IMG/VR virus record: IMGVR_UViG_3300042945_001784
Coordinates: 1 to 64,000 of that record
Strand: one strand, 5' to 3'
Origin: a virus
DNA: 64,000 bases
The position numbers and the translations under genes are program-made. This document shows positions 28,713 through 37,407 of the stretch, in pieces. Positions within the stretch are counted from its first letter, which is position 1; the number at the start of each line of letters is the position of its first letter. The notes beneath the pieces were generated by a model, which saw only the letters and a program-made list of their open reading frames with translations, did not search any database and was not told where the DNA came from.

Positions 28713-29636
28713 ATGTCTGTACTGGACCGCTACCTTAATATTGAGAAGTACCAGGGTGTCCTGCGTGACTTCTGCAACTGCCAGATCCTGAATGACAAGA
28801 GCCAGTGCGGTCTCTTTCTGAAGGACACTGTGCTGGCCCGTATTGGGTGGACTGGTACTCCCGATCAATTCCCTGATGCTGAGGAGTATGAGCACACCTA
28901 CAACAACGGTGACAGCAACAAAGGAATCTTCTTTAAGACTCCCCGCATGGTAGTGCTGCACTGCGGTTTCAGGAAAGATGTCACCTTTATCGAGAACTCC
29001 GAGAAGGGTGGCATCGAAGGAATCTATCCTCGTGATTCGTTTCTTTATGACGATTGGCAAGAGAAGAATCCTAACAAGCCTTCGCCTTACAAGCGTCGTC
29101 GCCTTGTTCTGATCTTCCTTGTCAATGAGAAAGGCACTCCGGTTCACAAGAAACCGCTGCTCCTTTCCATCCACGGTGGTGCTTCCAACCTGTTTACCGA
29201 TGCTTACGGCACTTTCATCGAGCAGCTGGAGTCTGCTTTTGCTGAATTTGCTGGGCTGAAAGGCGGTGCTGGCTTTGACCCCAAGCAAGCAGCTGCTGCA
29301 ATCTTCACTCCCACCTTTGGTTCTCAGCTTTATGGTGAGAACAACAAGAGCTGGATTGCGTTCCCTAAGCAATGGGTTGTTCCCACGGTCAAGAACATCG
29401 AGTCCTTCTTCCCCAAGGGTGACGATGATATTGACTTCATTGAGGAAGTGTGGGAAACCTGCCCGCCTGAGGTGTATGCCAAGTCCTTCTTCCAGCAATG
29501 TGAAAAGGAGATTGGCTACCACGCCATCAAGCCTGGCCTGGATTTCTCCCTGCCTCCTGTTGAATCGTCTGGATCCAGTGCTCGTGTGCTGACCGGCGCA
29601 CGGGATCCTGAGACCGGAGAGATCAGCCTGGATTGA
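28713..29636 (+). CDS. Hypothetical protein in the recombination module, possible ssDNA-binding/annealing protein
   Basis: Strong codon bias; DPETGEI tail typical of phage recombination proteins. Confidence 0.6.
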   Translation: MSVLDRYLNIEKYQGVLRDFCNCQILNDKSQCGLFLKDTVLARIGWTGTPDQFPDAEEYEHTYNNGDSNKGIFFKTPRMVVLHCGFRKDVTFIENSEKGGIEGIYPRDSFLYDDWQEKNPNKPSPYKRRRLVLIFLVNEKGTPVHKKPLLLSIHGGASNLFTDAYGTFIEQLESAFAEFAGLKGGAGFDPKQAAAAIFTPTFGSQLYGENNKSWIAFPKQWVVPTVKNIESFFPKGDDDIDFIEEVWETCPPEVYAKSFFQQCEKEIGYHAIKPGLDFSLPPVESSGSSARVLTGARDPETGEISLD

Positions 29637-29659
29637 TCTAGACTGCTCCTGGAATGTTC

Positions 29660-29686
29660 AACCGCTCCTTCGGGGGCGGTTTTTTA
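29660..29686 (+). terminator. Rho-independent terminator
   Basis: AACCGCTCC-TTCG-GGGGCGGTT-TTTT. Confidence 0.85.
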
Positions 29687-29938
29687 TTCTTCGTAATAGG
29701 TCTTGATCACATCTGCCTCCAGGTTGGCAAGCCGTGCGATTAAATTTCTAATGATGGCCTGGCGTTGTACAGATAGCTGAAGAAGTTTCAGTGCTCCTGC
29801 TCTTAAAACATCTGGATCAGTAACAGCTTCTAATTCCTTTGCAATCTTTGCTTGAAGAAACTCATCTTCTAAAGAAAGATTAAAGTCATCAGGGCTGAAC
29901 TTAAATTCAATTAATTCAAAGCCAGACATTATTGACAT
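29684..29938 (-). CDS. nblA: NblA-like phycobilisome degradation protein
   Basis: LSLEDEF...LLQLSVQRQAIIRNLI helix-loop-helix pattern. Confidence 0.55.
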   Translation of the reverse strand: MSIMSGFELIEFKFSPDDFNLSLEDEFLQAKIAKELEAVTDPDVLRAGALKLLQLSVQRQAIIRNLIARLANLEADVIKTYYEE

Positions 29939-30053
29939 GGCATAATGTTCAGTCTAAACATTCAACATTTAATGTCAAGTAATCATTGTTACTGTGCTTG
30001 ACACCACAGGCTAAGAACCTAGACTGCCACTGGCTTCTCAGCTCTCAGCTACA

Positions 30054-30185
30054 ATGGCAAAGAAATCCTTAACAGGAACCATTCACAAAGAGTCCGTGCC
30101 CAAGCGGACCTCTATTGGTCATGGCCGACGCAAGCGTGGCTCATTTAAAAAATCTAAAGCCTATCGCGGGCAAGGAAAAGGTTGA
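30054..30185 (+). CDS. 43-aa basic peptide
   Basis: PKRTSIGHGRRKR...KAYRGQGK, a cyanophage-type small basic protein. Confidence 0.65.
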   Translation: MAKKSLTGTIHKESVPKRTSIGHGRRKRGSFKKSKAYRGQGKG

Positions 30186-30240
30186 TTTCTAGACCTGGAG
30201 TAAGTCTTAAAACTGCTCCTGCACACACCACCTGACCGTA

Positions 30241-31113
30241 ATGACCGTAACTGAAGCGCTACTTTCTGATGCTCAACGTCTTGTGTATGGACGTAGAAGA
30301 ATTATTGATGCTCTTTATCAAGAAGATCCAGATAAATTCAAAGTTCTACAAGCCACTGATATTCAATCTATTTCACTTGAAGATGATCTGGTTTGTTTAC
30401 AGTTAACTGACACCCAACTCTATATAGAGAGGGCAAAAATCCTTAAAAATTTCTGGGAGCACCGCACGCGCACCCCTTCCTACTTTGATTACAAGGTTTG
30501 GAGCCAGGCATTGAGCAGTCGTCCTTGGCAAGGAACACCTGTTGCAGCATTGGATTACGGTCCGTCCCAAGCCATTGATGCGCTGGAGCCTTTGCTGGGA
30601 CGCCCGCCCCGGATTCAAACAGACCGTGATGGAGTACAGAAGTTGTACTTTGTCATGGAGAAAGAAGAGATGTGCAGCTGTGAATCATGGAATCAAATGC
30701 ATGTCCACAGGCATGAACTTTCCGATGAGTTCTCTACTTATACCGACATAAAATTTAAGCCCATTTGTAAACATTTACAATGGTGTTCTGCCAACATGAT
30801 GCTTCATGCAATTCGGTTTGAATCCAGGCAGAGCGATAAAGAATACAATCCAAGAATGTGTGTTTACTATTTTGATCATCGTCGCGGTTTGTTACTGTAT
30901 CGCGTTACTTATGACGGCGTAAAAACAGGTGGTCAATGGTTACCCGTTGGTGGTTGGAAAGAAAAAGCTGTCTATGACAGTAACCACATGCCAACCGGAG
31001 CTTGCTGGCAAACCTTTACGGATGCGCTGACCCAAGATCCACCTTTTAAACTTTCACTCTATTCTCATAGCCTGGGTGCATTGATGAACAGCACCCGCGC
31101 TAAACAGTCCTGA
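30241..31113 (+). CDS. SWIM zinc-finger-like protein
   Basis: CSCES...ICKHL. Confidence 0.65.
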   Translation: MTVTEALLSDAQRLVYGRRRIIDALYQEDPDKFKVLQATDIQSISLEDDLVCLQLTDTQLYIERAKILKNFWEHRTRTPSYFDYKVWSQALSSRPWQGTPVAALDYGPSQAIDALEPLLGRPPRIQTDRDGVQKLYFVMEKEEMCSCESWNQMHVHRHELSDEFSTYTDIKFKPICKHLQWCSANMMLHAIRFESRQSDKEYNPRMCVYYFDHRRGLLLYRVTYDGVKTGGQWLPVGGWKEKAVYDSNHMPTGACWQTFTDALTQDPPFKLSLYSHSLGALMNSTRAKQS

Positions 31114-31137
31114 TTGCACACCACGACATTACTCACC

Positions 31138-31734
31138 ATGGCTGACAAGCTTTCCCTGATCCAAATTGCTGAATCCATCCAGCACATCAGCTTTTTGAAG
31201 GATATGCCTGACATCCCTGAGGATGAGCGGGCCATGCTGGAGCAGCACCTTCACGATCTGGCTTCTCGCCAGGAGTCCAAGTTTGATGCCATCATCGGCA
31301 TGATTAAAAAGTGTGATGCTTATATTGAAGCATTACAAACAGAGATGGATGAGATCAAACAAAACCTAGATGCATGGAAAAAGAACCGGGAAAAGATGGT
31401 TTCTATTGTTAAGTTTGCTTATCAACAGAATCTGATTGATAACAAGCCAACTGGTACTAAATATCAAGCTACGATTCGTAGAGTTAAGCCACGTCTTGTA
31501 GATAACTTTGAACACTGGGAGGAGGAAGATAAGACTGAGTTTGGTTTGCGTAAGACCACGACAATAACGCGCATTAAAGACAACACTGTTGTAGATGTAA
31601 AGCAAGAGGATTTACCTGATAAAGATCGGGTGCGTGATGCACTTGCTACAGATGACGGTTCAGCGCCAGCAGCAGCTCAACTTGTTCCTGGATTCTCCTT
31701 TGTTTATGAGCGTTGTAAAAGGTTAAGTACCTGA
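31138..31734 (+). CDS. Siphovirus Gp157/Gam-like coiled-coil protein
   Basis: ESKFDAIIGMIK...EALQTE...; PDKDRVRDAL C-terminus. Confidence 0.65.
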   Translation: MADKLSLIQIAESIQHISFLKDMPDIPEDERAMLEQHLHDLASRQESKFDAIIGMIKKCDAYIEALQTEMDEIKQNLDAWKKNREKMVSIVKFAYQQNLIDNKPTGTKYQATIRRVKPRLVDNFEHWEEEDKTEFGLRKTTTITRIKDNTVVDVKQEDLPDKDRVRDALATDDGSAPAAAQLVPGFSFVYERCKRLST

Positions 31735-31750
31735 TCACACTTTTAAGTTC

Positions 31751-31768
31751 CAACAACAACAACAACAA
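31751..31768 (+). repeat. (CAA)6 microsatellite at the start of the gene array
   Basis: caacaacaacaacaacaa. Confidence 0.8.
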
Positions 31769-31776
31769 ATTCAACA

Positions 31777-32124
31777 ATGACTCAAGAACACCCGATTACA
31801 CCGCCCCCTGAGCTGGTGGAAAAGTGGCTGGAGAACACTTGCTCGCATGACTGCATCGGAGCTTACCCGGCGAACTACGAGCAGCTCATCTGCACCCAAG
31901 CCGCCCGCTGGGGCGCTGATCAGGAGCTGGAGGCGTGCTGTGAGTGGCTTAAAGCCAAAGAGTGGATTCACCACGAATTCAGCGACGAACTCCGCGCCGC
32001 CCGTCGCCCCAAGCCGCCGAGCTTGAAGGAGCAAGCGCTTGCAGTTTTAGACGACGCCTCAGATCGTCTTGATGCTGCTCACGAAAACATCATCCGCCGC
32101 GCACTGGAGCAACTCGATGGCTGA
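31777..32124 (+). CDS. Array gene, family A copy 1
   Basis: HPITPPPEL / QAARWGADQELEACC / RRPKPPSLKEQAL / IIRRALEQL blocks. Confidence 0.85.
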   Translation: MTQEHPITPPPELVEKWLENTCSHDCIGAYPANYEQLICTQAARWGADQELEACCEWLKAKEWIHHEFSDELRAARRPKPPSLKEQALAVLDDASDRLDAAHENIIRRALEQLDG

Positions 32125-32638
32125 TTACACAGCAACGCCCAAGCAATGGGCCGAAATAGCGCATTGGTCTGATGAATACGGCTACGCTCCTCAAACCTGC
32201 ATCCTTGAACTCCGCGCCAGGGTCAAGACGCTAGAAGATACGGTTCAAAAGCACATTGTCGAAACGAATTCAAACATTGTGGCTTTATTTAGCCGGGTTG
32301 AATCGTTAGAAGCTGCTGAACGCCAAGCATCAAAAGTCCACCAGATCAGCAAACCTCTGAAACTTACTGCAAAGCAACAGGCAGAGTTAAAGGCATTGCT
32401 GACGCCCGATTTTAGGGTTGGCATGACGCCAACTTCTACTTCAAACCAAGTTGGTAATTCGCTGGTGAATCAGGTAGCCCGTGCCATCGGTCGAGACGAT
32501 GAACCCATCAACTGGGAGGAAGAAGCCCGCGCTGCGATCCGCACGGTGGCCTTGTGGCTTAACGAAACTCCCTTTGATCTCTACCCCGGTGATCGCGGCA
32601 TCATTGTCAATGCTCTTTATGACCAAGTAAATCAATGA
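32117..32638 (+). CDS. Array gene, hypothetical
   Basis: ATGGCTGA overlap with copy 1; MADYTATPKQW... Confidence 0.75.
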   Translation: MADYTATPKQWAEIAHWSDEYGYAPQTCILELRARVKTLEDTVQKHIVETNSNIVALFSRVESLEAAERQASKVHQISKPLKLTAKQQAELKALLTPDFRVGMTPTSTSNQVGNSLVNQVARAIGRDDEPINWEEEARAAIRTVALWLNETPFDLYPGDRGIIVNALYDQVNQ

Positions 32639-32817
32639 CTGACTTCAAATTTGTGCCACTAAACAGCCTTGAGAATCGCCTCGGTGATGCTCTTGGCCTT
32701 GCCATTGCCATGATCCGCGATCCAAGCGCCGTGGACAACAAAGCCATGGCTCAGATCGAGGCGCCATTCAAGGAATGGTGTGATGCTCTCGTTGATGGAG
32801 GTCTACTCAATGACTGA
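32635..32817 (+). CDS. Array gene, hypothetical
   Basis: CAATGACTGA junction at both ends. Confidence 0.7.
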   Translation: MTDFKFVPLNSLENRLGDALGLAIAMIRDPSAVDNKAMAQIEAPFKEWCDALVDGGLLND

Positions 32818-33049
32818 CACCACCCCACTGAGCCCCGCCGCGCAGGCAGTGCTGGATGCCCTGCACACAGAAAACTCAACGGGTCCAGAGCGGTATTGGG
32901 CTCGTGCCAATGCCGTTGCCGCCCTGCGTGCTGCTGCGGATCAAGTAGTGCCAAAGTTTTGGCATGAGGACAACGACATTTACGGTGAAACAATGCAAGA
33001 CGTGCGTCAAAACCTCCTCGCCATCGCCGCCGAGCTTGAAGCCCAGTAG
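32810..33049 (+). CDS. Array gene, family B
   Basis: LSPAAQAVLDA...AAALRAAADQVVP...LLAIAAELEAQ; ends CCCAGTAG. Confidence 0.75.
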   Translation: MTDTTPLSPAAQAVLDALHTENSTGPERYWARANAVAALRAAADQVVPKFWHEDNDIYGETMQDVRQNLLAIAAELEAQ

Positions 33050-33061
33050 TCAACATCACTA

Positions 33062-33235
33062 ATGCTCAAAGACATCACACGCTGTCACGGCACAGGCTGC
33101 CCCGCAAAGCAACATTGCCTCAGACACACTGCACCAATCCCAGACAATGTTCTCCTGTCATGGGCGGCAAACCTCAACTACGAGCGAGCGCACATCTGCG
33201 CTTACTACATGCCCGCTACGCCCAAGACCCAGTAG
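33062..33235 (+). CDS. Array gene, 57-aa Cys-rich protein
   Basis: MLKDITRCHGTGCPAKQHCLRH...ICAYYMPATPKTQ; ends CCCAGTAG; below ORF-track cutoff. Confidence 0.7.
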   Translation: MLKDITRCHGTGCPAKQHCLRHTAPIPDNVLLSWAANLNYERAHICAYYMPATPKTQ

Positions 33236-33252
33236 TCCGATCAACTAACACC

Positions 33253-33951
33253 ATGACTGACCAATTTGTTAGCGCCAACAAAATGGTGCCGCCACGTGAG
33301 ATTATTGAACAATGGGCTAATGAAAAGGATTACGACGAACGCGATTGGCTTTACGAGATCCACATAGCAAACTGTGCTGCTGCGTGGGGTGCTAACCAGC
33401 AACTAATTGCAGATGCAAAGTGGCTGGATCACAATGCCTTGAATGAACCTCACCTAAGGATCACCCCAGTGGGAGAATCATTGAAGGAAGCGATGCGTCC
33501 AAAAAGTATAAAGGAGCGGGCATTACACGATCTTCATACTGCTTATAACGCGGATCAAATTGATGACCTTGGGAGAAATTCAATGACTAACCAACAACAC
33601 CCGATCACCCCACCGCCGGAGCTGGTAGAGCAGTGGCGCGATTTGCCCGAGTTCACCGATGGGCGGCGAAAGATGATCATGGTCACTCTTTCAAGAGAAA
33701 AACTTCTAGACATCGCCACTCAAGCCGCCCGCTGGGGCGCTGATCAGGAGCTGGAGGCGTGTTGCCATCTGCTGCGACAGCAGGGGTTTGACGTGGTTGA
33801 CGACCTTCGCGCGACCCGCCGCCCAAAACTGCCATCATTGAAGGAGCAGGCCCTGAGCGAGTTGAACCTGACTGCTGATCCCAACGGAGCCGAACTTTCA
33901 CGAACCCAGGTTGAACTTATCCGCCGCGCATTAGAGCAACTCAATGACTGA
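33253..33951 (+). CDS. Diverged family A copy (33253) read in frame into family A copy 2 (33583)
   Basis: AAAWGANQQL...RPKSIKERAL, then MTNQQHPITPPPEL...QAARWGADQELEACC...IRRALEQL. Confidence 0.75.
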   Translation: MTDQFVSANKMVPPREIIEQWANEKDYDERDWLYEIHIANCAAAWGANQQLIADAKWLDHNALNEPHLRITPVGESLKEAMRPKSIKERALHDLHTAYNADQIDDLGRNSMTNQQHPITPPPELVEQWRDLPEFTDGRRKMIMVTLSREKLLDIATQAARWGADQELEACCHLLRQQGFDVVDDLRATRRPKLPSLKEQALSELNLTADPNGAELSRTQVELIRRALEQLND

Positions 33952-34285
33952 GAAACACCCGATCACCCCACCGCCGGAGCTGCGTCGACTCTGGGCACAG
34001 CAAGCGCAACGCAAGAATCCACGCGATCCAGTGGCGTGGCAAGAGTACATCGCCGCCCAAGCCGCTCGCTGGGGCGCTGATCAGGAGCTGGAAGCGTGCT
34101 GTGAGTGGCTAGTAGTAGATGACTGGAAAAATGTAAGCGAGAACCTTCGCGCCTTCCGCCGCCCCAAGCCGCCGAGCTTGAAGCCCAGTAGTCCGACCCA
34201 CTTCTATTTAAATTCTGTTATAGTAAACAAGTTCCCGCTCTTTTTGATCGGGCAGATAGAGCCCAAGCCTCTGTCCAGTCCCTGA
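33944..34285 (+). CDS. Family A copy 3 with recombinant 3' end
   Basis: Conserved blocks up to PPSLK, then sequence identical to the family B end. Confidence 0.7.
   Translation: MTEKHPITPPPELRRLWAQQAQRKNPRDPVAWQEYIAAQAARWGADQELEACCEWLVVDDWKNVSENLRAFRRPKPPSLKPSSPTHFYLNSVIVNKFPLFLIGQIEPKPLSSP
34216..34224 (+). promoter_or_regulatory. Extended -10 promoter for the candidate ncRNA
   Basis: TGTTATAGT. Confidence 0.55.
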
Positions 34286-34454
34286 GGCTGGTTACGCTTG
34301 GGCCATCAATTAAGGGGACAACCCTGGACTGAGGTTGTCTTAAACGAAGTTCACCCATCAAAGTGTGCTCGCCCTTTATTGGTTACGCGTCAGGCAGACA
34401 GCCTGGAGGGCGGCCACGGTTCTGGAGGCGTCCGATAACGTCTCCCCGTTTTTT
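34231..34454 (+). ncRNA. Candidate structured ncRNA with two loop-loop pseudoknots (possibly manA-like)
   Basis: Six helices; GTCCAG/CTGGAC and TTATTGG/CCGATAA pairings; ends in a T-run. Confidence 0.7.
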
Positions 34455-34697
34455 CCGCCAGTGAACCGTCGTCAACTCTGGCACCTCTGGGCAAAAGCAC
34501 TCGGAGAAAAAACAGGACGGACAACCTCAGAAGCTGATCGGGTTGCCCTTATTCGTTCCGTTATTTTCTTAACTTATTTCTTAACCAATTGTTTCATTGT
34601 GGCTGGTGTCATTCGCCACTGGAACAATTGAGTCTTGTGTAAGACTTAACACTTTTTCCCTACTGTCCCTAGTAACCAAGAAGAACATCCGCTAATC

Positions 34698-35048
34698 TTG
34701 GTGCGCCCTTCCGTACCTTCTATGGCTGGTGAGTTCTACTACAGGGACTACGACACCTACTTCCCTACATTTAGCAATCATTCTAATAAGGTTGCTGAAA
34801 TGATGTCTCATCTGAATTATCAGATTACCGAATTCGATTTGGCACCAGTGCCTAGTCAAGAGCTGTTTCGTATGACTTTAGATCTGATGTATTACGTTGA
34901 TCAAAGTTACAAAGCAGACCACGGTATTTCTGATCAGTACGAAGTTCTTTCTTTCAGAACCAAAGATGAAATGCTTGATTCAATGCGATCTCTCCTCAAG
35001 GAAGAACTTGATCGGTACTTGGGATCTAGCGATGCAGCCAACCAATGA
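34698..35048 (+). CDS. Hypothetical protein
   Basis: ORF. Confidence 0.6.
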   Translation: MVRPSVPSMAGEFYYRDYDTYFPTFSNHSNKVAEMMSHLNYQITEFDLAPVPSQELFRMTLDLMYYVDQSYKADHGISDQYEVLSFRTKDEMLDSMRSLLKEELDRYLGSSDAANQ

Positions 35049-35265
35049 AACAACTAAGTCCTGGATCTGTGATGTTGATGAGGACGGTGTTCTCGTCTTC
35101 CCTGATGAACTCTGGAACCTCATGGGCTGGAAAGAAGGAGACACTATTGAATTCATTGATCAAAAAGATGGATCATTTCTTCTTAGGAAAGTAGACGAAC
35201 TGCCTGACAGTCTTGATCATGTTTCAACTGTTGAAAAAGCAGTAAAAGATGATCAAACTTCTTAA
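35032..35265 (+). CDS. AbrB/MazE/SpoVT-like DNA-binding protein
   Basis: VDEDGVLVFPDELWNLMGWKEGDTIEF...GSFLLRK. Confidence 0.8.
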   Translation: MQPTNETTKSWICDVDEDGVLVFPDELWNLMGWKEGDTIEFIDQKDGSFLLRKVDELPDSLDHVSTVEKAVKDDQTS

Positions 35266-35415
35266 AGATAAGTTAATTCGTCGGTTGAATGTTCATCTGG
35301 TGTCTCACATTGGGGCGCCAGAAACATCAACCGACTGGGTTAATGGCTATCAACAAGCCCTCAATGATGCTGAAAAGTTTCTTGATCAGCTTGAAGTTTA
35401 TGAACCTTACACAGA

Positions 35416-36539
35416 ATGAAACTTTCTGAACTGATCAACAAGCTGCAACGTCTTCATGACTTGTACCCACAGCTTGATCCTCAAATAACGCTAACGGAAG
35501 TAGCTTATTGCAGCTACGATAAGAATAAAACAGAGCCAGAGTTTTTCTGTCGTACTCTTGATAAGATTGCTTGTTTTGAATTGCAAACTTTTTTGCATAT
35601 TCCTTCTGAACAACTCTTCTCTGAACGCGGTCCTTATCTAAACATCTTCTATGAAGGAGATGTAATTGATAAGCCAGAAGATTACTGGAAGAACAACTAC
35701 TTTGCTCAACATGCAAACAAGCAAACTGGATCAACTCATTCAAGCAGCTGCTCAACACCAGACGCAGGAGTTGGAATGGATCAAAAATCTGTTTCAACAG
35801 AGGATGAAACTGATTACGGAACCAAATAAACTGTCTCATGAAAACACACAAACCGCTTGATCTCCAGCAACCTGATTGGGTGTGCCGTGATTGTGGTGGA
35901 CAATGGGGATTATGGTGGGATGGTGGTAAATACTCTGGACCACCACATCACTGTGCTACCTATCACAAAGGAAGGTGTGGTGTTTGCGGTAAAACAACAG
36001 GCGTTACTGAAGCTCGTGATTATGGCGGCTTAAAAGAAGGTTGGCATAAACCTTTGATAGAGTAGTTAAAAACAAGACTATCTTAAAGTCATGCAGAACA
36101 AAGGAGAACTTAAAGAGCAGTTTCTTGCTAACACTCGTAAAAAAATGGGCATTAGCGAAGAAAAACGTCAAGACTTTAAGCAACGTGCTCAGGAGGCTAA
36201 AGCAAGGCGTCAGAAAAAAGCAGCAGAAATGAAAACAAGACCTGCTTAATAATTGCAATAACTTAAAAAACTGCTAATTTAGTGCTGTAAGTTCCATTTC
36301 ATATGGCCCGCAGCACTAAACAGGTACGCTTTAAAGGTAAGCCCTCGGAAATCCTGGACCCAATTGAGTTCGAGGGTTACACCATTCAGTCTTTACGCCA
36401 CGGGGTAACCGGTCATGTGCTCTATCGCTATCCCAGCGAAGAGTATGACTGGGAACCCTGCTGGGGTATGGACCTTGAAACAGCTAAAAAATCGGTGTTG
36501 CGCTGCAAGGAAGCAGAACAACTACAATCAAAAGCATAA
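35416..36539 (+). other. Small hypothetical CDS (35416-35829, 35838-36065 Cys-rich, 36303-36539)
   Basis: ORF track; two CxxC motifs in 35838. Confidence 0.6.
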
Positions 36540-36550
36540 ATAGTTTTGTC

Positions 36551-36811
36551 ATGGGACCAGCGAAGAACGACCTGATGGATGACCTTGCATGGTCTATTTA
36601 TGAGTACCTAGTTGGCGAATCAACTAAGTATGAGGGTTCTTTACTGGTCCTAATGCCAATTACTAAAATTGCTAAACAATTTGAACGTAATCATCGCACT
36701 GTTACTAGGCGATTAAGTGCACTAAAAAATGAAGGGTTGATTACTCCTATCATCAAAAAAGACTATGTGACACTTTATAGTGTTGCCGATGCGGAGAGTC
36801 CTGATGAATGA
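36551..36811 (+). CDS. Winged HTH protein
   Basis: ITKIAKQFERNHRTVTRRLSALKNEGLI. Confidence 0.75.
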   Translation: MGPAKNDLMDDLAWSIYEYLVGESTKYEGSLLVLMPITKIAKQFERNHRTVTRRLSALKNEGLITPIIKKDYVTLYSVADAESPDE

Positions 36812-37354
36812 ACGAGACCACAACCCACTTACTGATCTCACCTTTTTGTTAGGCAGCTTTACTGACAATGGCCGTTCGCTTCGATCTTTCGTGAATCACC
36901 CTCAAGAATTGGCTATCACCATCTTGGTTACCGGGTTACTGTCCAACTCCAGGTGGGCTATGGATCCAGAAGATGCCATCAAGACAGCCTTTGTCATTCA
37001 CGAGCAGATTCAGAAGGAAGTGCAGAACTATCAGTCTTTGAAGTTTGTCAACAATGTTGAAAACTGCTTTAAGAGACCGGAGTTGACGGAGGAATGAAAA
37101 AGAAATCCCCCTATGCTCCGTTGTATTACTTCGATGTGGACATCGAGTGGGGCCACCTCCGTATTGGCAAGCTACTCATTCACTGGTTTAACTCCAGCAC
37201 AGAGCATGACAGCTGGGGAAGTTGCGATATTACATGGGATCTTAAGCATTCTTTCCTTTTTTGTTTTAATGAGGCCCGCCAGCGGTTTGAGTTTAGTCAC
37301 CGCATCATTGATCCCGACATTCGCCGGGTTATGCAGGGCGTCAAACACTTCTAA
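36804..37354 (+). other. Two hypothetical CDS (36804-37097, 37094-37354)
   Basis: Overlapping start/stop codons. Confidence 0.6.
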
Positions 37355-37407
37355 TTGGTTGCAACCACTCAGGTTTTTGCTACGTTACAGGGACTTGAGC
37401 CGCGCCT

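Noticed and set aside
28614-29522. 302-aa antisense ORF
   Set aside because: It mirrors a strongly codon-biased + strand gene and shows no recognisable motif; likely a shadow ORF.
33115-33252. N-terminal extension of ORF 33115..33951
   Set aside because: It overlaps the better-supported Cys-rich gene 33062-33235; the ATG at 33253 fits the array start pattern.
31777-34285. CRISPR array or diversity-generating retroelement reading of the repeats
   Set aside because: Repeats are coding and unevenly spaced, differences are not adenine-specific, and no cas or reverse transcriptase gene is in the window.
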